From the NCBI GenBank assembly GCA_051362555.1, contig CM120646.1:23250001-23314000 (forward strand): a stretch of DNA of 64,000 bases. The letters are read 5' to 3'. A program made the translations under genes and the position numbers. Shown piece after piece: positions 13,150 through 25,909 of this stretch (the first letter of the stretch is position 1; each line of letters begins with the position of its first letter). The notes beneath the pieces were generated by a model that saw nothing but the letters and a program-made list of their open reading frames with translations, was not told the DNA's origin and did no database searches. Origin of the DNA: Lingula anatina. Lineage: Eukaryota; Animalia; Brachiopoda.

Positions 13150-13824
13150 CTTTTGTCGTCTGACCATGCTTATCTTGTCCAAGTGTTTCTTTAGCTCCGA
13201 CTTATCGTCAAGCACCTGTGTGCTTACTTTTGTGAGTTTTTCTACAATCGTTTTAAATCCACTTTTCATCCTTTCGTTCACATCTTTGTCATAATCGCCC
13301 CACACTCCAATTATGTACCGGTATTTCTTGAGTAGTTTGGCATCAAGGGGTTAAGACAAAATAGCATCCTAATCTTCATTTGTGAAACTGCAAGAGAGAT
13401 CCAAGATAATTAACCCTGAAAAACGCGGCTCTGAAATCTTGTTCACTGATTGCCACCTAGAGGGTGCGTCAGAGGGGTTGTCCCAAGCATTCCTAGGACA
13501 TGGATTCAATGTTGTGATATTTGTCAGCAAAAGCACAGTCAGTGTAGGGTCTAAATCACCAACAGTTACTGATGTGGAGTGATTCCTAGCAGGATACAGT
13601 TGATTTCGTTGGTGGTGATTAAACGTTTCCGGTGATAATCCAAACGGCGTTGTCCTGACATTTGCATAGCCCTTGTTTGGGTCAAATAAATTGGGATACT
13701 TTTTCTTAGCCCTTACTGAAGAAAAATCTTATAAAACCTTCAGGGCATAATCTACAATTTGAATGCTCATACGACAGAAATTATCCTGGTCGGAATTGGT
13801 GTATGTTCTCATTGGTGTTGCCAT
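13150..13824 (-). pseudogene. Pseudogenised paralog of the HEPN exon at 1297-2725
   Basis: MATPMRTYTNSDQDNFCRMSIQIVDYALKVL* and VTVGDLDPTLTVLLLTNITTLNP align with the intact gene. It has in-frame stops, internal deletions, a GTATGT donor at 13149 and a homologous upstream intron (13850-14260). Confidence 0.85.
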
Positions 13825-14149
13825 GTTACCGGTCACTTATGAATCCTTCCCTGTCCTTATTATCTGGAATGTGATGCAAGAGGGATATTCGTCTTAGTCA
13901 ATGTATGTCTACAATTAGCAAAATATCAGACCCGCTGCAAACTTCTAATTTTGCTAAGGGTATAATATTCAATTGTCATATTCTAAAATACTGGGTTTAT
14001 ATTGAAATATCTGAAAGTGATAACATTTTTATGAATCATACATGTACCCGACAGTGCTGCTTCCATCCTTACTATAATGGTTGTCACGAAGGTACATTAA
14101 TCATATGTTCTCAGATCAATCTACTCCACGCACTATTTTCAGGACGTAC

Positions 14150-14193
<44 letters not shown>

Positions 14194-15616
14194 TCACGAA
14201 GGCACATTGATCATATGTTCTCAGATCAATATGTATGATAAGTGTTATCAATCTGGTGAAAATAAAGAATCCGGCTATATTTTGTTTCGAGTGCTTTTTC
14301 ATCGGCTATTCAGCGACATGCCAATCAAGGTGTTTGCATGCTTTTATATGAGCCGCGTTTATTTCCACGGGCAATTAATGCTTGCACGATGGTTTTTTAT
14401 ATACCTTCACATAATAATGACTGATTCTTATTTTTAGTCTTAATAATTACTTTAATTTTGCCTTGAATTCCGCCAGGCCTTTCCTATGTTGAGGTGAACA
14501 AAATGGCTACCGCCGATCGTTGCCTGGAGATGCTGTTAACATTCTTGAGTTAATACAATGTTTTCAGTGCCGTGCATTAATCTGCTGTTTCCAAATTGAT
14601 TCATTTGATTGATAAATACACGTTAAACTGTCGTAGCATCATTTTTCCTACTGAATTCCTCTAAACTATCATCTTAATAATAAACCTTTGCAAATTATAA
14701 GCCATATTCTCCAAATTGTGATTATCTTTTTTGTTAGGTGACCTGCAGTGAACTTGGCAAGTCATGTCAACCGGAATAAAAGGCAAACAGAGGCACTGAC
14801 AAAAGCGCTTTGTAGGGAGATCCTTTGTGTAGTAGCAGCTTTACCTAACACGTTCTGTGCACCTGATCCAGGTAAGAAAACAGGGTGCGTGCAGCAATGG
14901 ATGATGTATGTGAGGGAGAGTGAGCGCCGAGATCAATGCGTTCACATGACAGTTTTATTAAAACTGAAAAATATAAAGCGGTAATGATATAAGCGCTTTT
15001 GAAATATTTTGTGTCGGATATTCATCGGCAATGTAATTTTGTACGTAAAATTCAGCTTAATTAAACTTAGAATTATGTCAGATGTAAAGATAGATTCATT
15101 AAAATAATAAATAGAAAAAAGCCTTATATACTGTACCTCTTAAAAAGCGATCTTTGCTGGTCAATGTCACGCCTTATTTCAAGTCTCTATCACGGCAATA
15201 CCGTCTCTACTCAATAGATCACAATATACTCTATGAATAAAATGGCTGCCGTCGAAGGCTGTTAGGTGATGTTGTTGATGTTGCTAAGTCGTAACGTATT
15301 TTTAGTGTCGTGCATTCATCGGATATTTCCAAGTTGATTTTTCTGATTGATTAATGCACGCTACTACTTCCGTAGCATCAAGTCCCTCTGTTTCTCCAAC
15401 CGAGGATTTTGAGCGAAAATCGCCTAAAGACGACATGGCATTGTTACATGTAGGTGACCCAGAGTGAACTTAGTCAATTGAGTCACCTGAATAAAAAGCA
15501 CACAGCAGTATTGATCCAAACGTTTTGAAAGGAGACCTTTGGTGTCGTAGCTGATTTACCCAAAACCGTTCCACGTGAGGAAACAGGGCACGGGGTGCGT
15601 TTAGCAGTGGTGACTT

Positions 15617-15890
15617 AAGGCTGACACTTGCACGACTTTTGGCCCCGATTTTGTCGTGGCAATTAAGTCGTGCCATTTCGGGGCACGAAGTGGGAGGCAC
15701 CCGCGCTGTTCCCGACTAGTACACGCATAGTGCACGACGAGTGCACGACGAGCTAACGAATATTTCAGGAATGCGTGACCACATTGACACGAACTGGCAC
15801 GACAAGTTCACGCTTAGTTTACGCACTTCGCGCATTGGCACGACGAGTTTGCGCAATTCGGACGGTGTTGTGCCGACTTGGGCACGCAAT
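15617..15890. mobile_element. One end of a DNA transposon rich in gcacga/tcgtgc subterminal motifs
   Basis: GC-rich block with many (g)cacga repeats in both orientations beginning taaggctgacacttgcacga. No partner terminus found. Confidence 0.4.
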
Positions 15891-16065
15891 ATAAAAAAGA
15901 AGTCTCTCATTAGGTCCATGCCCTTGCCATTGGCTCTGGGAACTTGTGGACCTCACTTCATCATTGTCATCGTCGCTTATCGTCACTGCAGCTGACTCTG
16001 GGACAGCAAACTGCTCACTGGGGACTATCACTCCCCGGACTATGTGTTGCGTCAGAAAACTCCAG

Positions 16066-16754
16066 GGGCCGGTTTCACAAAGCAGTAGTTAGTTAGAACA
16101 ACTAACTACTGAACTACCTCGCTAACGAGCAAACTTAGCGATTTTCGAGGGGTGTTTCACGAAGCAGTAGTTAACTTATCGCTAAGTTCAGTCGTAAAGT
16201 TCGGTCGTTAGTTCTCTCGTTACTCACCGTAGTCTCGAAACCGTCTGCCGGAAGTGGAACTCTTGCGTAAAAGTGTCACGAAAGCACATACTCTCCAATT
16301 TTTGGTGGCTGGAAATGCATAAGAACGTCTGCTTTGAGGTCGTCGTAAAGGATCTCCACCACCTTTTTGCCGCTCTTTTTGTCACAGCTAGGCTCAACCT
16401 CTCGTAAATTGCATCATCGTGTGTATATTCTAACAGATTCTGCCTTTCATGAAAACGTCGTAGTCTACGTTGCCGTCTGGCGGTACGGATAGGGCCGAGC
16501 AAGAAAGGCAGCCGCCATATTGCATACAAAGACAAATGACAGACAACGGTAACTAAGCAACCTTTTTATTTCACTCATTACGCATGCGTACGATGAAACT
16601 CTAGAGTTAGCGACTCAGTCGTTAAATATCCATGGTAACAACGAGACAATATATACGAGCGAGAGAACTAGCGACTGCTTCGTGAAACGGCACTGTAACT
16701 AGCGAGAGGCTAACTACCGATCGCTAGCTAACTACTGCTTTGTGAAACCGACCC
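16066..16754 (-). mobile_element. Non-autonomous PIF/Harbinger element carrying a HARBI1-like N-terminal remnant
   Basis: TIRs gggccggtttcacaaagcagtagttag / ctaactactgctttgtgaaaccgaccc; CAG on both flanks; internal minus-strand RRFHERQNLLEYTHDDAIYERL. Confidence 0.85.
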
Positions 16755-16757
16755 CAG

Positions 16758-17684
16758 GGCCTCGTATCTCGAAAGCTTCGCTATGTTGCGCACGGTCGCG
16801 AACATGGCGATTCCGCGCTATTTGCGAGTGCGATTGCACCCACCTGCTATCTCGAAGCCTTAGCAAACGCAACGCAATTATGACCTCAAACTCTAGGCCT
16901 ACTAAACTTCGATTGTCGCATAAAGTGAAGACATCATAACACAATTACACAAAATGTTTTTTTTTTACCATGACGCAAATCAAGAGGTTGTTTTTATTTA
17001 TAGGAATATCGTAATTACAAATACTGATATTTGAAGTGTTTGACACCAATAAAATGTCAAAAAAAAAAAATTCAATAAGCGAATCTTGGACTGACACAAT
17101 TACTGACGCATTGGTGAGAAGTGTTCAATCTCACAATAATAGACATTAAGGAAGGTCACGGTGCGACCAAATGCTTTGTTTCTGCTTTTTCATTTTGTGT
17201 AGAAAATGACACTTTTAGATTTATGATTATTATCAATAGACTACACAGATGAATTATATACATCAGAAAATATAAATGATGTATGAAATGTTTAATTTTG
17301 AAATTTTTATGCATAATAAAACATGACTTAAGCATTCTTCACGTGAATATTTACCGCAAGTTTTTCTATCAGGGGTACCGAGTGATTCAATCTATTATAA
17401 ACTTCCATGTTTTTATTATAGCTTTTGTTATATCCTATTATGACTAGCAACCCATACTTGCCGCCTTGTTTAATTACATGAAAGACACATTAAAATAACA
17501 AATTATGCATACGCAGAGGCCTTTGCGACTTGTTTGTTTCGCCGCAAACAATAGCCTCGAAACTAATGGTGATTTCGCCATTAGCGCACGGCCGCGATTT
17601 GCGAAGCTTTCGAGACATGGGATAGCGCGGAATCGCCATGATTGCGCCTGCTTGCCATAAGCGAAGCTTTCGAGATACGGGGCC
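16758..17684. mobile_element. Second non-autonomous PIF/Harbinger-type element abutting the first
   Basis: TIRs ggcctcgtatctcgaaagcttcgct / agcgaagctttcgagatacggggcc; CAG at 16755-16757 and 17685-17687. Confidence 0.85.
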
Positions 17685-17721
17685 CAGGTAATATGTATTT
17701 TTGGAGTTGTTATGCTCTTTC

Positions 17722-17870
17722 TTCTGGGTGTACTTCCCAGGTGTTTAACTGTTTGCCTAGTAGTGAGAACCCTGAGGTGGTATCTGGTATACTAGGTTCT
17801 GGGTGTATTTCCAAGGTGTTTAACTGTTTGCCTAGTTGTGAGAACCCTGAGGTGGTATCTGATATACTAG
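17722..17870. repeat. Two-copy 75-bp direct repeat
   Basis: ttctgggtgta.ttcc.aggtgtttaactgtttgcctag..gtgagaaccctgaggtggtatctg.tatactagg at 17722 and 17797. Confidence 0.85.
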
Positions 17871-18692
17871 GTTTATATTTTTTGGGAGCTGTTATGCTTC
17901 TTTTCCGGGGAGTCACCCAGCTGTATGTTCGTTTGCCTAGTCGGTTTTACCAGATATCCCTGTTTTTACGTGCACAGCTGAGCTGAGGCTGTTGTCTGCA
18001 TGGATTTTTTTATGGCGGCGGAGTCCGAGATGTTTTTTGCACTTTATATTAATATGGCTTGTGTCATATCTACCCAGGCTATTCGTTGGGTTTATGCCGG
18101 TGTAACATGAAAATCTGACTCCCCCCCATGAAAATTTGACTCCCCCTCCACAAAAATTTCTTAAATCTTATTTATTTTGAGTGTATGACTGTGATCTTGT
18201 AGTATGTAAAATGAAGGATACATTGGCACTTTATTGCAGTTTGCAGATGAAAATTTTCATGAAAAATAAGAGAAAATTAAAAATTTGCACATAATGAAAA
18301 TCTGACTCCCTCATGAAAAGTTGACTCCCCCTCCACAAAACTTCATAAATCTTATTTTATTTTGAGTGTGACTGTGATCTTGTAGTATGTAAAATGGAGG
18401 ATACATTGGCACTTTTTTTGTAGTTTGCAGGTTAAAATTTTCATGAAAAAATAAGAAAATTAAAAATGTGCACTTAACCGCCCATTGTCTCCCCTATGAA
18501 AAAGCTATCTATTTAATATTTGATGATCATTTCAACACCTTTCCTTAATTTTTACTATATGAAGATTATATTGGAAATATTTAAAAGTTTGATGGTAAAA
18601 TATTGGGTGAAAAAGAAGAAAAAAAACTTGAAAAATAATAAAATTAAAAATGTGCATTCTATCACCCAATGACTCCCCAATGAAAAAGCTAT

Positions 18693-20025
18693 TGTGACGC
18701 GAGCCCTCCCCTCGGGAGTCCCGTGGGCACGTTAATTTAATCGCGGGTCGGGAGAGATGTTGATTTTCCCCAGGGAAAGTATATCCCAAGCACAAACAAC
18801 AAGAGTGGATTTCAAGTAAAGACAAACAGCTTTAATAAACGCAGAAATCGATTATAAAATTTCAACAACACGTAAGCAAAGTTAAAGACATTTGAGTATC
18901 TCGTACGCATTTAAACTCATTCACGTTACTCAGTTCAAAATTACATGTTACGTTCGCACAGAGTTCACAGTTTCTCTTGGAGTTCAAAACATAATAATAA
19001 CGTCGACCTAAATCTCAACTAAAAATCTTAATAATATCGGAAACGCTACTGAATGGGTCCAGTCTTCTGTCGCGGCACAATGCTTCTTTTCACATGAACA
19101 GTCCTGGAGAATGGGCTATGTATCCCCTGTAGACTCAGGCATCCCCACCTGCAGCTGCTTCACTTTACACGGAAATCCTGGAGAATGGGCTATATATCCC
19201 CTGTAGATTCAGGCATCCCCACCTGCAGTTGCTGCATGCCCGGACGCTGAACAATTAAATCGATAATAAACCAAACGTAAGATAACTCAAATAACTCAAC
19301 AAAAAGTTACACGAAGGTGTCCAGTCTCCTTGGCTACGGCACATGGCTTCATTACACACGAACAGTCTTGGAGAATAGGAATTTTCCCACCTGGAGTGGC
19401 CAGCTCTCAGGATTTCCACCTGCCGTATCCGACTGTCAGGAATTTCCACCTACACCCCTCATGCATTGGATCGTCGAGGTCGGTAAGAAGTTCTCCATGC
19501 CCGGCTGCTGGTCAAATGAGTTAAAAACGCAAACAAAACCAAAGAAACTCAAAAATAACGAAACTAAAGAGTTTTCCCAGTTACGCTAACGCATTACTGG
19601 AGTTGCGGTCCGGAAGACCAGTGTAACTCACGTTTCCGCTCTCTCTCGTCTTCTTCTGTAAATCTACTCCTTTTTCTCTTCTGCACGTCTTTCTCTTCTT
19701 TCGTCTTCTACCCGACTGCAACGCTTCCACTCCAACGCTCTCCTTGCGTTTTTTTTTTTTTTTTTTTTCACGATCTACGTTTGCGTACGTTGTACGTGAG
19801 CATCATTTACGTCTAGGTTCCGTCCCCTTCGTTGTTTGTTTACATTCTAAGGTCACAAGGGCACGCTAACTATGTCAAGGCTGTTATACGTAACACAATG
19901 GCGGCCCCCATGTTCGTCTGTTCATCACGGCAGTGCGGCAATAGTATTTCAGGTAAACAACACTAACTAGAAATAAACTTCATCAATATACAGAAAGGAT
20001 CAGGGTGCGACCCGGTCACGTTACT
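18693..20025. mobile_element. Solo LTR, about 1.33 kb (probably Gypsy-type)
   Basis: Starts TGTGACGCGA and ends TCACGTTACT (imperfect TG..CA inverted termini); 4-bp TSD CTAT on both sides. The uninterrupted host sequence aaagctatctattt is present at 18501. Confidence 0.75.
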
Positions 20026-20407
20026 CTATCTATTGAATATTTGATCATCATTTCAACACCTTTCCTTTTAGGATACTTTATAAAACATATTGGAAATGTT
20101 TAAAAGTTTGATGATAAAATAGTGAGTGAAAGAATGAAAAAGAAATCATGAAAATCTTCATTTTTATACCCATGAGACTTGCAAGTACTTTCAATAAATT
20201 CTTCATAAAGTATCCTCAAAGAAAAGCTTTTTCATAGGGGAGACAAAGGGCGGTTAAGTGCACATTTTTAATTTTCTTTATTTTTTCATGAAAATTTTCA
20301 CCTGCAAACTACAAAAAAGTGCCAATGTATCCTCCATTTTACATACTACAAGATCACAGTCATATACTCAAAATAAAATAAGATTTATGAAGTTTTGTGG
20401 AGGGGAG

Positions 20408-20524
20408 AAGAAACCTTGGCCAAACTGGAAATCTGAGGCTCAGGATAGGAAACAATGGAAAAAGCATGCTGAGGCCTTTGTCCAACAGTGGAACACTATA
20501 GGCTCTAAATGATGATGATGATGA
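20408..20524 (+). mobile_element. 5'-truncated RTE-type LINE insertion (117 bp)
   Basis: Encodes WKSEAQDRKQWKKHAEAFVQQW...stop, has a (TGA)n tail, and carries a 12-bp TSD tgtggaggggag at 20396-20407 and 20525-20536. Confidence 0.85.
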
Positions 20525-21479
20525 TGTGGAGGGGAGTCAAATTTTCATGGGGGAACCAGATTTTCATTATGTGCACAATTTTAATTTTCTTATTTTTTTC
20601 ATGAAAATTTTCACCTGCAAACTACAAAAAAGTGCCAATGAATCCTCCATTCGTTGCCGATAGCACCAGCAGATAGCAGCACCATACAGTGTCACAGTGA
20701 GTCTGATGGAAAACTTTCATGGCAATTGAAGATTTTTTACCACTGTGCACTTGGCACAAATGTAAAACTGCCCAGTGCAAGGCCAAGAATTCAATCAGTA
20801 TTTTCAATCATATTATCAGATTCTACATAAATTGACTGACCATATCACTACTCAGTATTTAACTTATCTCTCAATCCAAAATTCCAATCATCATTTAATA
20901 ATTATGCAAATTTTTTTCTTTCAGATTGCTATTTATTTAATTTTTTAATGCTGCAACTGTTCCAAAATAATCTTGTAGTGAAGGAAAAATGCAAATAAGA
21001 AGTGGAAGACCAATTTTACCTACATTATTCAATTATTTGAATATAAAAAGAATAAGATCACGATTTAACAAATTAAAATAATCTTTCATGAACTCGTTCA
21101 CGAATAACATATTAAACAAAAATAAAAAGTTATAAATCAGTGGTAATGGCTTATTCTGGAATATATGACCTCTGCACATCATCAGTACCTGACTTGGTAC
21201 AGTATAGTTACTACTTGGACACATAGTTAGATTTGATAATGTAACAATGAGAACAATATATATTATAATAATGAACTTCTCTGCACATATCAGACGCTTG
21301 TTACCATGAACTTACACTACTTGACAATGGGCTGAGCACTTATCACAGAGTCTGTGTGCGATGCCATTCTTGTGCTGTGATTGGTTAGTTGAGTCACGTG
21401 AAGCCCTACTGTTGCGCCCTCGCGTATCGCGTGAATGCTGCACATTTCTGGCCATGAGTATTTTATGTACGACTTAATT

Positions 21480-22560
21480 ATACGATTATCGCCCATGTCC
21501 AACATTTCGGCCCTGGTGCTCTTTTAGCCAAGTCTGACATTCCAGATGTTTTCCGCATTTCACCTCTTAGCCTTTTGGTTTATCATCTTCTTTGTTTCTC
21601 TTGGAATGAATTATTTATTTTGAAACAATTCTGCCAATGGGTGCAAGTTGTTTTTGCCAAATATTTAATCACTGAGTACAGCTCTACAATGGATGTTGAA
21701 GAAATTTCATGCCTCTGCCATATCCTATATACTGGATGAGTTTTGTTCCATTGGACCCCCCAATTCCAATAACTGTCAAGTTGATTTACAAAATTTTCTT
21801 GCGTTATGCAAACGGATTAGGTTCCCATAACTGTCAAAAAAAAAAAAAAAAAAAAACTTTACTCCGACCACTTGTATAACTATTTGCGGCGTTAAAATAG
21901 ATTCGCTAGTGGGTCGTTTGCCACAGGACAAATTGGAAAAGTGTTATGTTTTAGTTTCCCAGCTTACTCAAAGAAAAATAGGTACAATTGAAAGAGTTAC
22001 AATCTCTTATTGCTTTTTTAAACTTTGCATGCTTAGGCGTAGTACCGAGCAGAGCTTTCTTACGCCGCTTAATTTATTTAACTGTTGGTGTTGGACCCCC
22101 GCGTCATTATATTCGACTCAATAGTGAAGCAAGAGCGGACCTAGGCATGTGGCTTCATTTTTTACATCACTTTAATGGAAAATCAGTCCTGCTGCCTTCA
22201 TCATGGCAATACCTTACACTTGTTTACAGATGCCTTGGGGTCAATCGGTTATGCGGCGGTCTTTGGTTGTCACGGGTTCTTTAATGAATGGGATGAGGTA
22301 GCTGCACTTTGGCATATCACAGTTAAAGAACCGTGTCCTATAGTTCTTGCTTTAAAATTTTGGCACTCTCAGCTGGTTGAGTCCGACAGGTACATCTCGC
22401 CCTCTCCTTTGCCAAGTTCAAGCCTTGTTCGATTACCGACGAACTTTTACGCATGCGTTAGGTCATTTATTTCAGTTTATTGATGGAACACCGGTCACTT
22501 ATTCTTATGTTTCTTCAGAATTATCGAAAGCCCTTGCTTTTGCAGGATAGATATAAAGGC
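21480..22560 (+). mobile_element. Degraded DIRS/Ngaro-like retrotransposon RT-RNase H fragment
   Basis: LPMGAS, RLPQDKL, LKELQSLIAFLNFAC.VVPSRAFLRRL, RLNSEARADLGMWLHFL..FNG and LFTDALGSIGYAAVFG, with frameshifts. Confidence 0.8.
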
Positions 22561-23239
22561 GGTCTGGTTTTTATCATTATGTGTATTTCATGTTTTCAAA
22601 AAAAAAAAAAAATAATAATAATAATAAATAATAATAATAATAATAATAAATAAATAAATAAATAAATAATAAAAAAATAAAAATAAAAATTACAGGGTGG
22701 AATCACCATTTAAATGCCTTCTTTGGCTCCCTTAATTTTATTCATGGTTGCCAGTTTATCTTCCTATCCCTCATTCAGCTGTAGCTAGTTCTTTATGGGA
22801 TATGGATTTGTAGTTGCACTATTTTTTTTTTAGTAGAACATAGGATTCAGATATAATGTCAGATGTTGTTGATCATTCCAACTTTTTCACAAGCACTCCT
22901 CGGTTGGCGAGGATGTGAGCTTCTCTCACATCATATGGCCTTTTATTTTCATTTGCGCCAACTTTTTGCTCCTATAGCTGTTGTAATTTCTCATATTTTT
23001 CTTAATTAATCCTGGTAGCACTCATTAACATACTTTATTATTTTTATATTATGGCACTTATATAGTTTGGGGATGTTTGATTATCTCCCCAGTTTTGTAA
23101 CTTTGTATCTTATTAGTTTTCGTCATTAATAAATGACAATTTTCAGTCATATGGACATACTTAATTGGGAGCAAAAACAGAGCTTCGTTGTGCTTGTGAA
23201 CATTTGGCTACATAAATGACACTTATAAATTCATGATTA

Positions 23240-23770
23240 TTAGCTCCGCCAAGGAGGTTATATTTTCACCCCTCTCTTTCTGTCTGTTTGTTATCAACAT
23301 CACTCAGAATGTTATGGACCGATTTTGATGAAATTTTAAGGGTTGGTCAGAAATGGGTTAACTTATAAGTGATTAGTTTTTGGTGGTGATCCGGATCAAT
23401 AATCAATCAATAATCAAAAAATAAATTGTCCATCGATTTTGATGAAACCGATTTCAGGAACTGTCAGGAGTGGGCCAAGGAACAGATGGTTACCTTATAA
23501 GTGATTAGTTTTTGGTGGTGATCCGGATCAATAATTAATCAATAATCAACAATCAGAAAAATAAATTGTCCACCGATTTTGATGAAACCGATTTCAGGAA
23601 CTGTCAGGAGTGGGCCAAGGAACAGATGGTTAGTTTTTGGTGGTGATCCAGACCAAAAATCAATCAATAATCGATAATCAAAAATATCGAAAATTTAGGG
23701 GTGAAACGGCATTGGATGGAGACTTTGCTGCCTTGGCGGAGGTCTGCGCTCTCTGAGTGCTTTTCTAGAT
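23240..23770 (+). mobile_element. Non-autonomous Helentron/Helitron-like element (HINE/DINE-1 architecture)
   Basis: Sub-terminal inverted repeats ctccgccaagg / ccttggcggag, a 3' end gcgctctctgagtgcttttctag, short (tctg)n and an internal ~130-bp tandem repeat; no TSD. Confidence 0.8.
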
Positions 23771-23878
23771 ATCAGTTGACTACACAGATGAATTATATTC
23801 ATCAGAAAATATAAAATGATGTATGAAATGTTTAAATGTTTAATTTTTATGCATTATAAAATATGACTTTAGCATTCT

Positions 23879-24242
23879 CCCAGCGGGCAAATTATGTTGG
23901 TTTAACGTTGTACCATAACGTTGATAATACGTTGGATAAACATTGGATTTGAAAGTTGACTCAACGTCAGATAACAACATTGTATCAACCCCAGTTGTTA
24001 GAAAACATTCTTCCATGAAAAGACATAAAAATGACCTGAAATGTTTTTTATATTTGGTGCAAAACATCCAAGTGCCTGCTTTGTCTGATTTTTTCAACGC
24101 ATTTAGCTCCTAAGCATGATTTGCACCTAAGCATGGTACACCCTTTTACCCTGGTGGTGTTAAGCAGTAGGACATGTTTGATGGCTTAATATATGTAGGG
24201 TATATATGTATGGCCTTTAAGTTAAAATTTCCAAGGTTTAGA

Positions 24243-24311
<69 letters not shown>

Positions 24312-24762
24312 CAAAGTCACAGTCACCTCAACCTGTCAATCTATAACAGGGTACCGAGAACTGTCAACCTTATTAACTTCACTCCATCACATTTACAGCA
24401 ACTTATTCATCCTAGTGTTAGAATTCAGTTTATTGGAATGTATTTCTGAATAACAAGTTAAGAAAATTCACTAGTTCACTAAAGACTCAAAACAACTGTA
24501 ACTTTTACTTTAAAACACTTTTTTTTATTATTTTTATAAAGTTAGTTACAGTATTGATAAACAAAGTATCACGTTTTCAATAATTAATATTTTTAATTAC
24601 AATCCATGTCTGCAAGGTTGTGTCAATGACCAAAATACAACGTTGAGTCAACGTCACATTATGACGGTGTTTTGACGTGGCTAGTTCAACATTGATTTTC
24701 CGTTGAATTTAGGTAGATCAACCTGTTTTCAACGTTGATCCAACGCGACTATGCCCGCTGGG
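23879..24762. mobile_element. EnSpm/CACTA-like non-autonomous element
   Basis: TIRs cccagcgggca / tgcccgctggg with many aacgtt/caacg subterminal motifs. It is inserted into agcattct^tcacgtg of the host (compare 17331-17345). Confidence 0.75.
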
Positions 24763-25112
24763 TTCACGTGAATATTTACCGCAAGTTTTTCTATCAAGGT
24801 TACCGAGTGATTCAATCTATTATAAGCTTCCATGTTTTTGTTATAGCTTTTGTTATATGCTATTATGACTAGCAACCCATACTTGCCATCATGTTTAATT
24901 ACATGAAAGACACATTAAAATAACAAATTATGCATACGCAGAGGCCTTTGCGACTAGATTGTATCGCCGCAAATAATAGCCTCTAAACTAATGGTGATTT
25001 CGACATTAGCGCACGGCCGCGATTTGCGAAGCTTTCGAGATATCGGATAGCGCACGCTCGCCATGCTTGCACACGCTCGCCATAAGCGAAGCTTTCGAGA
25101 TACTGGGCCCTG

Positions 25113-25400
25113 GTCGTCACGGGCACTCCTCTGTGGCTTGTCAGCCCCACTCTTCTTCTCCTTCTTCATAATCTTCCCACCCTGGTTCTCATGTTCTCGT
25201 AGTGCTTCTTGCATTGGGGATCAGTGGCAGGATTGAGGCTCCAGCTGCTCTCCGACTCGGTCCCACCGGCTGTTCTTGGCCACCACGTTGGGCCACTCCT
25301 TCTGCTTCTTGTCATACAGCTGGGGGTTCTCTTTCAAAAGCTCGGCCAACCTCAACTCGGCCTCTTCTGTCCAGCGTTACTCAGGGATTTCTTTCTTGGA
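25113..25400 (-). pseudogene. MADF/Myb-SANT-like domain remnant (as in Harbinger DNA-binding ORFs)
   Basis: Minus strand *RWTEEAELRLAELLKENPQLYDKKQKEWPNVVAKNSRWDRVGEQL, then after frameshifts QCKKHYENMRTRVG and KKEKKSGA. Confidence 0.7.
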
Positions 25401-25909
25401 CACCCGGACCCGCTTCTTTTGTTGCCTGGTAGCCTCGTCCTCACTCGATGGCTGTCTCTGGCTTTCGAGTGGCTCCTGTTGTGTCTCCGGGATAACATCG
25501 AAACCTGATATGGATGACTGGGGGGAATTATCTTTCTCAGCCATCTCTCTCTCTTTCTGTAGATGTCTCTCCCGATTCGAAACAAGCAGTGGAACATGTT
25601 TGGTTACAGTTACAACAACCTCAAGGAATAATATGATCCAATCTTTATCCTATACCCCCCTACCACTTACCGGCCCATATATATAAACAGACAAAGTCGG
25701 TTCTGTCACTATTTCAGGTACTGTCTTCTATGTAGAAATAACCTACCCTGTTGTTGGCCAGTGGTGGCATACATATACTAGAATCAGACACACTAAAAAC
25801 TCAAAACCAGTTTAGATAATAAGTTTGAATATTTTAAAGTAATATAAAGAATATTAAGCAAGAAATTAAAAGATGTACTGGTATATTTCAATTCATAGAA
25901 TTTTACTTG

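Larger units (their letters stand above)
18105..20650. mobile_element. Foldback-like element with ~185-bp internal repeats in inverted orientation at both ends, hosting two later insertions
   Basis: 18105-18510 (gactccccctccacaaaa...ggatacattggcact) is mirrored as reverse complement at 20225-20650. Confidence 0.7.
23150..25109. mobile_element. Left-truncated second copy of the 16758-17684 element, split by two nested insertions
   Basis: 23210-23240, 23770-23878 and 24763-25109 align colinearly with ~17205-17684. The right TIR gcgaagctttcgagatactgggcc is followed by CTG. Confidence 0.8.

Noticed and set aside
12950-14437. ORFs with YIYIYI, poly-F or poly-K tracts (also 3033-3284 and 9167-9361)
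   Set aside because: Artefacts of microsatellites and homopolymer runs.
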